The notes under the pieces were generated by a model. The model was not told the origin of the DNA. It saw nothing but the letters and a program-made list of their open reading frames with translations, and searched no databases. A DNA stretch of 61,752 nucleotides from Macrostomum lignano (taxonomy: Eukaryota), in assembly GCA_002269645.1 (NCBI GenBank), contig NIVC01004074.1, positions 1 through 61,752 on the forward strand. Direction: 5' to 3'. Numbering within the stretch: position 1 is the stretch's first letter; each line of letters starts with the position of its first letter. The translations under genes were made by a program, and so were the position numbers. Below, piece by piece: positions 25,701-38,700 of this stretch.

Positions 25701-28446
25701 AACCAGATCGTTCTCTAAAAATCGAGGCACCAACCTTATTCGAACTTTTTACGACAGAACATCGCAGAAGCAAAGCATAAGAAAATTGAATCAATCGATT
25801 TTAAAAAGACAATCCATCGGTTTCCGGTCTCACCTGCTAACCGCGAGCCAGGCTTAATTAGGGAAGTCAATTAGCCGCAGACATTCCCGGGCGCTTCCGC
25901 CCCCCTGGTGCATGATGGGCATTCAGGAACGCGGCATTCTCTGTCAGAGCTGACTGACGATTTATGAAAATGAATTGGCCAAGATCTGGTCCGGTGCGGC
26001 CACCCACCCACCCGCCAACAGAATTTCACTAACCCCCCCCCCCCACCAGGTATGGATTTCAAATTATCACCTCGGCCCTGGGAGAATTTCTGCTCGTTAT
26101 TCAGCTGGAAAATCTTTTGCTTTTAGCTTGCGTGCCTTTCTACCCGTTCAACCGGTGCCAAGCCTGCTTTTGTTTAGCAAAACGATTGCTGCAGCTATTG
26201 CTTTGAGCACAGCAAAGTAAATGGATTATTATGTGAGAAGCAGACGAATGGAAAAGCAATACCTATCAAATATGGAGAAAATATGATTCTTAGTTCACTC
26301 AGATCACTGATGGAACGCATAGCAACTGTAGTCTCGCTTTATACTGCAAGGCGGTGCTCTTGGATGCGGTTAGCACTGATGTTGCCAATCCAGCTGTATT
26401 TATCTAAGGGATTTTTTAATAAAGCTCCCCACTGTTAAATCCCAAACCGCACACCCTCGCTCTGCTCAAAATAGGCTCAGGCCACACCCGGCTGTTGGGG
26501 AAGCTGGCGCCCTCTGATTTCATCCAAGCCGTAGTGGATTACTTGGACCTCGACCGGCCGCTTCTGGTGGCCCCGTCAACCTCCGGGGTATTCGCCTTCG
26601 CCTACGCGCTGGAGGACCCGCACGGTATGCAAGCGAGGCTGTCCGGCTTCATCGGACTGTCGCCGTCGCACGCGCTGGCCTACGCGCAGGAGGACTTTGC
26701 GCACTTCAAGGTGATGGCGGCTTGTTTTGAAATCGTTTTCTTCCGACGCCCGACTCTTGATGATTCCCAGTGTCCCATGATCCCCAATGTCCCATGATTC
26801 CCAGTGTCCCATGATTCCCAATGTCCCATGATTCCCAGTGTCCCATGATTCCCAGTGTCCCATGATTTCCAGTGTCCCATGATCCCCAATGTCCCATGAT
26901 TCCCAGTGTCCCATGATCCCCAATGTCCCATGATTCCCAGTGTCCCATGATTCCCAGTGTCCCATGATCCCCAATGTCCCATGATCCCCAGTGTCCCATG
27001 ATCCCCAATGTCCCATGATCCCCAATGTCCCATGATCCCCAATGTCCCATGATCCCCAATGTCCCATGATCCCCAATGTCCCATGATTCCCAATGTCCCA
27101 TGATCCCCAATGTCCCATGATCCCCAATGTCCCATGATCCCCAATGTCCCATGATCCCCAATGTCCCATGATCCCCAATGTCCCATGATTCCCAGTGTCC
27201 CATGATCCCCAGTGTCCCATGATCCCCAGTGTCCCATGATCCCCAATGTCCCATGATTCCCAGTGTCCCATGATTCCCAGTGTCCCATGATTCCCAGTGT
27301 CCCATGATCCCCAGTGTCCCATGATTCCCAGTGTCCCATGATTCCCAATGTCCCATGATTCCCAGTGTCCCATGATTCCCAGTGTCCCATGATCCCCAGT
27401 GTCCCATGATTCCCAGTGTCCCATGATTCCCAGTGTCCCATGATCCCCAATGTCCCATGATCCCCAGTGTCCCATGATCCCCAATGTCCCATGATTCCCA
27501 GTGTCCCATGATTCCCAATGTCCCATGATTCCCAGTGTCCCATGATTCCCAGTGTCCCATGATTCCCAGTGTCCCATGATCCCCAATGTCTTATGATCCC
27601 CAATTTCCCATGATCCCCAATGCTCCACGATCCCCAATGTCCCATGATCTCCAATGTCCCATGATTCCCAGTGTCCCACGATTCCCAATGTCCCATGATA
27701 ACCAATGACCCAAGATTCCCAATATCCCATGATCCCAATATCCCATGATCCCAATGTCCCATGATCCCCAATGTCTTATGATCCCCAATTTCCCATGATC
27801 CCCAATGCTCCATGATCCCCAATGTCCCATGATCTCCAATGTCGGATGATCACCAGTGTCGGATGATCCCCAATGTCGGATGATCCCCAATGTCCCATGA
27901 TTCCCAGTGTCCCAAATTCCAAATTCTCAATGTCCCGCTGTTCTCAATGTCCCGCTGTTCTCAATGTCCCGCTGCTCTCAATGTCCCGCTGTTCTCAATG
28001 TCCCGCTGTTCTCAATGTCCCGCTGTTCTCAATGTCCCGCTGTTCTCAATGTCCCGCTGTTCTCAATGTCCCGCTGTTCTCAATGTCCCGCTGTTCTCAA
28101 TGTCCCGCTGTTCTCAATGTCCCGCTGTTCTCAATGTCCCGCTGTTCTCAATGTCCCGCTGTTCTCAATGTCCCGCTGTTCTCAATGTCCCGCTGTTCTC
28201 AATGTCCCGCTGTTTTCAATGTCCAATGTTTGTGTTCTAATCCCCTTCGCCATCCAGAAAGTGTACACGGTGCTCTTGTACGGCACGGAGAACGACCTGC
28301 CAGGCGAGGAAGCCTACAAGCGCTTCCGTCTGATCCCCTCCGCCCGGGTGATCCCAGTTGATTCGGCCAGCCACCTGCACTATGTGGAGCGGCCGGACAT
28401 TGTTAATGACATCATTATTGACGCGCTGAAGGCTCTGGAGGACTGA
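22714..28446 (+). CDS. abhd14: ABHD14-like alpha/beta hydrolase with N-terminal membrane anchor (ABHD14A-type). Exons 22714-23113, 26475-26710, 28258-28446.
   Basis: In-phase GT-AG joins give VLLLHG...AIDLPG/SGHT, nucleophile motif APSTSG (cf. ABHD14 SPSLSG), LLYGTEND and ASHLHYVERP (catalytic Asp/His region), plus a hydrophobic N-terminal anchor. Confidence 0.88.
24431..25673. repeat. Compound minisatellite of TAGCCAATA / TAGCCAATG / TAGCCAATGTAGAG modules (about 23-bp dominant period) with higher-order blocks (ABHD14 intron 1)
   Basis: Direct reading; a block starting GTAGAGTAGCCAATATAGCCAATGTCAATAG recurs at 24541, 24951 and 25306. Confidence 0.93.
26760..27912. repeat. Minisatellite, 17-bp unit CCC(A/C)(A/G)-type CCCCAATGTCCCATGAT / TCCCAGTGTCCCATGAT (ABHD14 intron 2)
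   Basis: Direct reading; period 17. Confidence 0.95.
27926..28226. repeat. Minisatellite, 17-bp unit CAATGTCCCGCTGTTCT, nearly invariant (ABHD14 intron 2)
   Basis: Direct reading; period 17. Confidence 0.95.
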
Positions 28447-28544
28447 TTTATTTTAGTTGGACAATTTTTTCCTCTTTCTCTCGCATCGTCATTTTTCTCT
28501 TAGGAAATTTAAAGTAATTTAAATTTAAAGTAAATATAACCGAG

Positions 28545-29777
28545 AGTGAGACAATGAGACAATGAGACGGGCAGACAGTGAGACAGGCAGACAGTGAGAA
28601 AGGCAGACAGTGAGACAGGCAGACAGAGAGACAGGCAGACAGTGAGACAGGCAGACAGTGAGACAGGCAGACAGTGAGACAGGCAGACAGAGAGACAGGC
28701 AGACAGTGAGACAGGCAGACAGTGAGACAGGCACACAGTGAGACAGGCAGACAGGCAGACAAAGAGACAGGCAGACAGAGAGACAGGCAGTGAGACAGGC
28801 AGACAGTGAGACAGGCAGACAGTGAGACAGGCAGACAGAGAGACAGGCAGACAGTGAGACAGGCAGACAGTGAGACAGGCAGACAGAGAGACAGCCAGAC
28901 AGTGAGACAGGCAGACAGTGAGACAGGCAGACAGTGAGACAGGCAGACAGAGAGACAGCCAGACAGTGAGACAGGCAGACAGAGAGACAGAGAGACAGGC
29001 AGACAGGCAGACAGAGAGACAGCCAGACAGTGAGACAGGCAGACAGTGAGACAGGCAGACAGTGAGACAGGCAGACAGAGAGACAGCCAGACAGTGAGAC
29101 AGGCAGACAGAGAGACAGAGAGACAGGCAGACAGTGAGACAGAGAGACAGGCAGACAGTGAGACAGGCAGACAGTGAGACAGGCAGACAGAGAGACAGGC
29201 AGACAGTGAGACAGGCAGACAGTGAGACAGGCAGACAGAGAGACAGGCAGACAGAGAGACAGAGAGACAGGCAGACAGTGAGACAGAGAGACAGCCAGAC
29301 AGTGAGACAGGCAGACAGTGAGACAGGCAGACAGAGAGACAGGCAGACAGTGAGACAGGCAGACAGTGAGACAGGCAGACAGAGAGACAGGCAGACAGTG
29401 AGACAGGCAGACAGAGAGACAGGCAGACAGTGAGACAGGCAGACAGTGAGACAGGCAGACAGTGAGACAGGCAGACAGTGAGACAGGCAGACAGTCAGAC
29501 AGGCAGACAGTCAGACAGGCAGACAGTGAGACAGGCAGACAGTGAGACAGGCAGACAGAGAGACAGCCAGACAGTGAGACAGGCAGACAGAGAGACAGAG
29601 AGACAGGCAGACAGTGAGACAGGCAGACAGTGAGACAGGCAGACAGAGAGACAGGCAGACAGTGAGACAGGCAGACAGTGAGACAGGCAGACAGAGAGAC
29701 AGGCAGACAGTGAGACAGGCAGACAGTGAGACAGGCAGACAGAGAGACAGGCAGATAGTGAGACGGACAGACAGTGA
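28545..29777. repeat. Minisatellite, 16-bp unit AGACAGGCAGACAGTG (dimer of 8-mers)
   Basis: Direct reading. Confidence 0.95.
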
Positions 29778-30208
29778 GGGTCAGCGGCTCCATTTTCTTC
29801 ACTGGTTTGAAAAGTACAGAAGCACTCGCTCCAGCCGAGAAGCAGACAAATTGTCAAAGGCGTTGCTGCGCTGTTTTAAAAATTGATGAAAGTGAATAAA
29901 CAGCTCGTATTGACAATTCAGCCGGCTCTAGGAACTTATTTCTTCGATAAGGCAGGCAATTTCCTTCTGTGTCCGTTTGACTACGAAATTAGCTGCTGTT
30001 GATCTGGAGAGAAAAATACGGTAATAAATTTAAGCGGAAAATAGCCGCCATTATATCGGTGACAAATAAGATTTGCTTGACAAGCAAGACATTTCCGTTT
30101 TGAAAGAAAAAAACAAGAAAAACAAGCAAAGCTTAGCCAAAAGAATCCAAGATGATCCAATTGAAATAGCTCGTACATTTTCTTGATTGTCCTACACTGC
30201 AGGAAGCA

Positions 30209-30370
30209 GGGCAGCTCAGCGATAAACGCATTTGACACTCGCCCCACAGGTCACTGGTTCGATTCCGTCCTCGACCGCAGTCATTTTTGCACTGAAATTA
30301 ATCCAAGGTTTGTTCTGCAGTGTGAGCCAGTACACCCAGTGTGAGCGTGTGCGTGCCTAAAGTTAATAAT
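30209..30370 (+). mobile_element. tRNA-derived SINE (short copy)
   Basis: A-box-like AGCTCAGCGAT (30213), B box GGTTCGATTCC (30256-30266), and a body motif GTACACCCAGTGTGAGCGTGTG shared with the 34.6-35.0 kb SINE. Confidence 0.6.
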
Positions 30371-31289
30371 GACAAGATTGAGAAGACTCAGTACTGACTT
30401 CCAAAAAGGCATTTGAGGTTGATACACAATTTTATCAACTATCTTGCTGTATAGATGGGCAACAAGTGAAATACACAGAGACGATTCTCAGAAGAGAACA
30501 GGTAGTGTAATTTGGCTGGGCTTTCCTGAGTCTGGAGTGAGCTTATTCTTCAAAGAATAAATTAACTAATTGAATTGACAGTTTGGGCGCGAACGTACAT
30601 GTTGGCAGTCGACGAAAACGCCTGCACCCGCTGAGGGCTGTCCGACTCGGCGCGGGTGATGTGGCCTTCCAGCTGGAGTAGCTAAGGAGGACTAGCTAAA
30701 AAGGTTGCCCTTCTGATGTCGGGCCAGCCAAAGAAGTAGCCTCTGCATTAGCACAAGGAAGTAGATGGATAGTTTCTGACTGATATAACTTTGAATGGCT
30801 TGATTGAACTGAGTCCCTTTTCCCACTGTTAACTCTGAATTTAAAATTTCAGAAGCATAATTTTTTGTAACCACCCGTCCCTGCTTTTGAATCGTCTGCG
30901 GCAGCAAAGCGTTTTTTATACCTTTTTTCCATTTTTGTTCTCGTAGCGCATCCAGCAGGTGAAATGATGAAAGGCGAGTCACGAAGCTCAGCTTGAGTCA
31001 GTTCAGGTCAAGCAGAGCAGAGTGATAAAACAATAGCTTAGTATCGGGATCGAAATGAAAGGGCTTAGTCACTACTGGCACAGGGTATTGATAAGGAAAA
31101 GCTGTATATGCAAGATTTGCGCTGTCTGTAGGATCAGAATGATTTATGAGCCCAGACAGCGCCTAGGTGTTATCAAACTCAAACTAAGGTAAGTTTTATG
31201 GACTCCGATTTTGTCAAGCACCGACCTGCCTGATGGGAGGCCAAACCGGGCAGTTGCTGGGCTTAAAAACGTCTCTTTCTTTCCAGGAA

Positions 31290-31725
31290 CTCCAATATAG
31301 GGGAATCCAGATGCAGAAAATTCTGGCTTAGCTGCTAATCCTGAATTACGATAATCCTGGTTTGGGAGAATCTTGAATTGTAGGAATCCTGTTTTTAATC
31401 CTTCAAAATTTAGGAATCTCCAGGGATGAACCCCTTTTTGAGCATTAGGAGAATACTGTTTTGGGGGAATCCTGTTTGGGGAATCCTTAATTGGGGAGCC
31501 CTGTTTGGGGGAATCCTTAATTAGGGGAACCCTGTTTGGGGGAATCCTTAATTTGGATAATCTTTAATTTAGCGGAATCCTTAATTATGGGAGTCCTGAT
31601 TTAAGGAAATCCTTAATTAAGAGGATCCTGAGTTGAGGGAATCCTTAATTAGTGGAATCTTTAGTTAGGGGAGTCCTTAATTGAGTGAAGCCTAGGTTGA
31701 GGGAATCCTGATTTAGGGGAACCCC
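31290..31725. repeat. Degenerate array of about 19-bp units with GGGGAATCCT(TAATT/GTTT) core
   Basis: Recurrent GAATCCT core at roughly regular spacing. Confidence 0.7.
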
Positions 31726-32786
31726 TGTCAAGGGCTTGCTGTTTTAATTATTTTTATTGTCTTAACTACCCTCGTCTTACAGCTAAATGTGCTCTTAAAA
31801 CAGTTAATCTGCCTGTTTAGAAAAAAATTTTGGAACTGGCCCTAATTTACCTTTCGGGTGCCTATACAGTCCTTTTTCATCTCATTTGGTACCTGTTATT
31901 TTCGGTGAGAAAGTTGCCAGATGTCTATGGCCCAACCCCATCTTTTTCTATACATTTCTATAATATGGTCCCTTCGCTTTCCAAGAAGCGACACGCGAAT
32001 TCACGTTACGAGTCTCGTAGAGTCTCTTCCCAGTTTTATCGGTTCGCAATTTTTTAATCCTATGAAAAAGACACCGAGAAGCAAAGTACTTTACTTTCGT
32101 CTTTGAAAAGTACATTCGTCAGATATCTGTGTATATAGTGACAAAGTTTTTTCAAATAAGCTATCTACCGTGGTCAATATGCGACAGGCAGGTAATCATC
32201 AATATAAATGATAAAGAGGCGGGTATAGCATAGTATCTATCAGAAGTACGCGAGCTACTTCTAGCCACACGGTGGGGGGACAGAGCCTCAATAGTACGCG
32301 TATTACGAGTTAAGATACATGCATGGGCGCGTTGCAAATTTGTTCCATTGAATTGAGAAGTTCGCCACTAGAAACGGCTGGTGTTTTTTGGTGCACGTGA
32401 CGAGGAGATGAAGGACAGACTCGGAGAGCGGGGAAGTGTTCGGGTCGATGTGGCCCACACATATATATCACCGAAATCCCCTCGTCTCTATTGCCACCAG
32501 CACTCACTAAGCCGGGCTCCTCGCGGTCCACTAAATCGTGGCATTGAAGACTCCAGGCTCCGGGTTAATTATGTAATTAGCTAGCTGCGGCTCCAGCGCG
32601 AACTCATGAATTATTAATTACCTAGACTTGAAGAACTGGAGGCCTGGCAGTTGAGTTTATTGCTCTGTGAGAAAAAAGAGTTGAGTATAGATGAGGGCAG
32701 AGGGCACGAACCCTGTTATGCACTTTTGAACTTTTCAGGGTATCTGTTGCCAGACTCCGCCTCAGGCCCACGATTCACCAGTACAG

Positions 32787-35700
32787 TTAGGCAAAGCAAA
32801 AGCCCCTCAGGTGCAACAGGTTAGCGAAAGCTTTCCGAAAGTCCACATTGAAGATGGTGTAAATAATGGGATTGATTGCTGAGTTCAAATAGCCCAGCCA
32901 AACGAATAAACTGTAGACGCCTTTGCGTGTCTGATAGTCGGCAGCTTCGCCGAGGTACACAACGAAGAATGGCAGCCAGCATAGCATGAAGATGCCCATG
33001 ATGATGCCGAGGGTTCTGAGAGCGCGTCGCTCCCTGCTCAACGAGATTTTCTGCCTCTGTCGAGAATGCTGCTCAAGCATGCGGCGTCGCTCCTGATAGT
33101 TGGTGCCGTCGGCGTCAGCTGGAGCAGCTCCGCCTGCGTCCTTTGCTGTCGACGTCGCCGCCGCGGTTTCAGCAGCTGGCGAGTTTCCGTCGATGGCGGC
33201 GGTGGCAGCTACCGTAGCCGCAGCGGTTGCGGAGGCGACCATCGAGGTCGCGACCGGAGCAGCGCCTTCGTCTCCATTGGGCTCGTCGTCTTTGCCATCG
33301 CTGCTGTCATCCTGTGGCAGACACGGTGCGGAGTGCGCTTGAACTTTGCTCATCACTTTTAATCGCCTCCTCTCATCCCATCTCACCTCATCTCACTTCA
33401 TCTCATCTCATCTCACCTCATCTCACCTCATCTCATCTCATCTCACCTCATCTTATCTCATCTCACCTCACCTCACCTCACCTCATCTCACCTCACCTCA
33501 CCTCACCTCACCTCACCTCACCTCACCTCACCTCACCTCACCTCATCTCACCTCATCTCACCTCATCTCACCTCATCTCACGTCATCTCACCTCACCTCA
33601 TCTCATCTCACCTCACCTCATCTCATCTTATCTCATTTCATCTCATCTTATCTCATTTTATCTCATTTTATCTCATCTCATCTTATCTCACCTCATCTCA
33701 TCTCACCTCACTTCATCTTATCTCATCTCACCTCACCTCATCTCACCTTATCTCATCTCACTTCATCTCACCTCATCTCACCCAACCTTATCTCATCTCA
33801 CCTCATCTCACCTCATCTCATCTCATCTCACGTCATCTCACCCCACCTCATCTCATCTCACCTCACCTCATCTCATCTTATCTCACTTCAATCTCATATT
33901 CACTTTCATTGTAGGTTTTGGAAAGAAAATTTTCAAAACTGATACTTTCTTTGGTTAAACATCAATTAATCTTATTTCATCTCAGAGAAACAGCTGTAAC
34001 TTCTGAATGCTTTCCAGACCCAGCAGATAGGCCAGAGTTGTAGAAAATCTCCTAATTTAAGAATGATTTCAATCATGATACTATCTCGGCAGCGCAAAAG
34101 TCTTACTTTAAAAACTCATAGGCTTAGAAAGGTTCCAAAGTCGCGCCCACAGTTTCTGGACCAGCAATCCGGAAGTGCTGAAAGCAACATAATCGCCCAA
34201 TTTATGGGCTACAGCCGGACATCCTAGCTCAGCATTGGATTTTATTATACCATTTCAACTTGGAATTTGCCAAAAGCGAGGGGACTTTGAGCATGATTAG
34301 CCAGCTTTAAAGCACATACAAGCTGTCTTACCAGGGACTATAGGTCGCAGATAGTTAAAAAGTCAACTGTGCAGGGATAGGAGACGTATGCTAGTAGATC
34401 TTGAAACTCAAAGTTGAGCTTTAAGACCCCAGAGGAGGAGTAAAAGGCCCCGTAGTTTTTGCCTATGCTTGTCACCTTTAACAGGTGTACTTCTTTAGCT
34501 GCCCGTGAAAGCTGGGTATCAAACCGTGTTAAACTGTGTATGACCATAGCAAATCAGAGAGCTCCCCTGATTGTTTGAGAAGCTCAGGTGTAACTGAGTC
34601 TCTTTGACTTTTTTTTCAGAGGCAGGGGGGTTGTGTGCACCCTGGCGCACTTTAAGCGACATAGGCACACAACCGGCGAGAGGCATTACTGCCCATTCCG
34701 CCGACTCCCCTGAGCAGGCATACAAGCGCGCGGATACGTACGCAGGCACACACTCACACAGGAGTGTACAGCGGCCCTAACTTTATTTTATCGTTAGGCA
34801 TGTACACTTCACTGCGCCTTGGGGGGTTGGCCATCAAGGCCGTTAACTGCACGAGCAGAGCCAAGCCGAGATTCCAATTCAGCCCCAAATTAATGTGACT
34901 GCACTTGGAATCGAGCCTGGGTCGCTGGCACACCAGAGCCTGCGCTAGACCGCTGGGCTACGGCCCCCCTTGACCGCAGTAGCATAAAAGAATGTAAAAC
35001 AAAAAAAATCGTATAATTTTTGTGGCGGAGACAAGAAAAATTTTTGTTTCATCCCAAAATTAATGATTGCATTTGATCTGGGGCAGTGAATATTACCATT
35101 CTCTTAATTTAGCACATACAACATGTTACTCTGTTGTATTTAATGTAGAAAGTTTCATTTTCATATGGTTTTCTTTTCATTTCATAAGCCCAGCCAAAAT
35201 TTTTTAAATGCTCAAAAGTGAAATATCTGTTCTGCTTCTTCTTGAATAAAGTATATTTGTTTAAAAAAACCTGCATACAGGCACTCCTAAGCCACTATTG
35301 TCAGAATAGTTTCATTTAAATGCATATTAGTAGCTATTCCTAGACCTTTTTAAATAATTAAATGTAAACAATGCTTGTCAATATCATTTTTTAAGCTTAG
35401 GCCTAGCTTAAAGCCAATCTAAGAGTACCTGCATGCACCAATTTTATTACAAAGATACTTGTGCTGACTCCATGGATCGAATTCGATATGCGGCATGAAT
35501 TTTGGATGCACATTTTTCTTGTCAAGCATTCGTCATAAATTATTGAGAAAAGCTTTCTTAGACACAGGTGAGTAGCAAAGCTGGTGTCTTCATTTTAAAT
35601 AAATGAAGATTAAAAATAAAGACTCGAAACTACCTCGGGAGCCGTGATTTTGGCTTCCGCATTTTGCAGAAGCAGCGCCACGTACTTCAGACCTCATCTA

Positions 35701-38700
35701 CCGCCAAGTGTGCTTGGACCACAAGGAGGAGGAAAAAGAGTGGGCGGCCTTATAAATGTCCGACCGGAGGTGGAGGCGCCCTGCCGGCCGCTCTCGACGG
35801 CTGCTGAAGAGCCTCGACGAAGCATTCAGTGCCGCTAATAGAAGGATGAGAGAGAGAGACAAGAGACCGGGCGGAAAAAGGGGGGAGATGGGCGGAGGAG
35901 GAGGCAAGCAGAGGAGCCAGAGAAGAGAGTGAGCGAGGCGTGTGTCCTCATCCAATTAACTGGCTCCACCCCGGATAGATAGGGAGAAAAGCTTGACGCA
36001 GGCTGGAGAGGGCGGCATAGTTGAAGATAGGAAGGAAGCTGCAGACTCCCATTTCTCACCATCTTCTCAAGCGCCCCCTCGCTCGCTTCGCTTCAGGGGG
36101 AAAAAACGGACGCAGAAAGCCCGCTTGATTCGCCGACCCCCGCGCCTTTTCATTCTATGCCCCGACTTGCTTTGGGTTCGAGATTCCACGGGGTGGTTGG
36201 CGTCGGAGCCGAGGATCAGGGGGGCATACTGGCACTGGGAGCAGACAGTGCTTGAGTCCTATATAGAAGCAAAGTAGTTGCTCCGCAGCTCTCCCTCCCA
36301 GTCTAGTACTCCTGCTGGTCTGCCCTATAAGTTGTTCGTGTGCGATAAAAAATTGCGTTTGTTAAACCCCGCCCTGCCTCCCGGCCACTTTGCCAGCGCT
36401 GTGATTCCCCACTAGACCCAGCGGCACACTAATCCTATTCGTTGAGAGCGGGCGAGTTCCTTTCCTATGCTCTTGCATTAATTTTCCATTGGGGGAAGGC
36501 CCGTTTTCCGCTGACTTTTTCGCACCGTACTCTCTTCTCAAGCGGCCTCTCCTTCCTTGAAAACTTCCGCCCTTGTGTTAGAGGAAGGTTGTTCAAAGGG
36601 TTCTCAGAGAACGCTTCCGGTACTTAAATTAACCGAGCAACTGACTGAGCAGAGGAAAATTATTCTAGTTATCATTCGCATCACCCTTTGAGGCCATGGG
36701 GTCTTCGTTAGCGTAATCTCTTCTTTAAAATCTTCCGGCTATACTGACTTGACTGTCCTTTTAGCTGAGCGCTTGGAGGCATTCGATTCTGGAGTTTCTT
36801 GCTGAAGAAACCGGGTGGAGCACCCGATTCAAATGCTAATATATTTCTTCCTACTTGCAGGAAGTGCTTCGAAAGGCGTAAAAAGTTTAAATGAGGCTGT
36901 CAGACCGACTCGCTATCCAGTCAACGAACTTCAAACTATGTAGCCAAGTCAGGTCAAGTCAAAGCATTCAAGCGCAAAAAGACGAGGACAAGAGCAAGCA
37001 GAAAATTCTTCTTTCGGGCAAACGGTTTTGTGCTCGATTTGCACTCATCAGATCGATGGCCGGAGCGGCTGTAGACACTTACCGCGGGTGGCCAGGCGGG
37101 GTGAACAGCTTCTTGGGATTTCAGGACTGCCTGGTCGACTCTAGCAAATCAAGGTTCTTCTCCCACCCGGTTTTTTCAAGTGTCATTGCGCCCCACTCCG
37201 ATACAAGAATACAAGTTAGCGGTTGACTAAGACGTAATTTCAGGTAACTTTTCCGCACTTATGGAAGATTTCCTCGATGCGGCTGAGTCTAGCAAGTGCT
37301 GGGCAACAGACCGTTAAAAAGCGTTAAAGATTTTTTAGTAACGTTAACAGACTTGAGTTGAGACATTTTTGACTAACTTATTAACAAATTCGCATTAGAA
37401 ATTTTTACTGTTAATGATATGTTTAGCGCTATTGAGCACACGGACACACGGGTGTGCTACAGCAGCCCTGAATTTGACATCGGCCTAAAAATTAATATAA
37501 AAGTTATAAATATTCCACAAACATTGAGTACTGCAAGTGTTATGAAAGTCCGTAAATAAATAACTCTTAGAAAACCAGTAAAATAACAATGAAGGACACG
37601 GCAGGATCTCTTTAGTCCTAAAATTGACGTCTGCATTGATTTACCATTAAGAGTTTTTTATGTTTACGAAACTTTTGTTTAAAAGTTCTTGCCATCAACT
37701 AAGATTTTCCTTAAGGATGCCTAATAGTGAGCCTAACTTAAATTCTCCAGCCTAGCCTAGGAAATAATTATAGTTCAATATGGCGACTGTAAGTTTGCAG
37801 CGATTCAATCTTTTCTGGACTGAAATTTCGGCCATCTAATGAAGGTAAGCAGCACAGCTCCTGCTAGCGGATGCTGCCGAACAATCTCACTTTCCTATCT
37901 AAATGGAATAATAATAAATGGATTTTTGTGAATCAAGGAGAGAGCGATGTTTGGGACGACTCATAGTTGTCTGCTCAACCTGACTTTTCGCCCAGATTTA
38001 TCCTGATTTGCTGTTCTATTAGCTAGCTATTTTTCAACCAGCTCGAGGCGATTGTCGGTAAAAAAGTGCAAGGGCTTTGGAATAGGTGGGCTTGAAAATA
38101 GAGCTGCTCTGTACTTTTCTGGGCTTTGTCGCAAAAATGATAGCGAGAACACTACTAATTGAGCTCTATTCCCGTTCCTGAAAATTATCGGATTAGCGTT
38201 AAGCTCCGGTGCTCTCTTCCTTCTAAGGAATTCTAGCAAAAGCACTTGAAACACTTTTTCTGGGATTAGAGTTGATTGGGTGTGCCTTGGAAAAATGAGG
38301 AGCGGGGTGGGTGCTGAGAGAGACAGGGAGTGGGGTGGGTGCTGAGAGAGACAGGGAGTGGGGTGGGTGCTGAGAGAGACAGGGAGTGGGGGTGGGTGCT
38401 GAGAGAGACAGGGAGTGGGGGTGGGTGCTGGGAGAGACAGGGATTGGGGTGGGTGCTGAGAGAGACAGGGAGTGGGGGTGGGTGCTGAGAGAGACAGGGA
38501 GTGGGGGTGCTGAGAGAGACAGGGAGTGGGGTGGGTGCTGAGAGAGACAGGGATTGGGAGTGGGTGCTGAGAGAGACAGGGAGTGGGGTGGGTGCTGAGA
38601 GAGACAGGGAGTGGGGGTGGGTGCTGAGAGAGACAGGGAGTGGAGTGGGTGCTGAGAGAGACAGGGATTGGGGTGGGTGCTGAGAGAGACAGGGAGTGGG

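Noticed and set aside
28490-28512. Strong acceptor TTTTCTCTTAG after the ABHD14 stop as an alternative last exon
   Set aside because: It would give an immediate stop (EI*) lacking the catalytic residues; nothing supports it beyond the motif.
26576-29802. Long ORFs of 280-425 aa over the 17-bp and 16-bp arrays (also 2042-2895, 33227-33958, 38027-39295, 44026-44586)
   Set aside because: They are translations of tandem repeats open in several frames, with no domain content.
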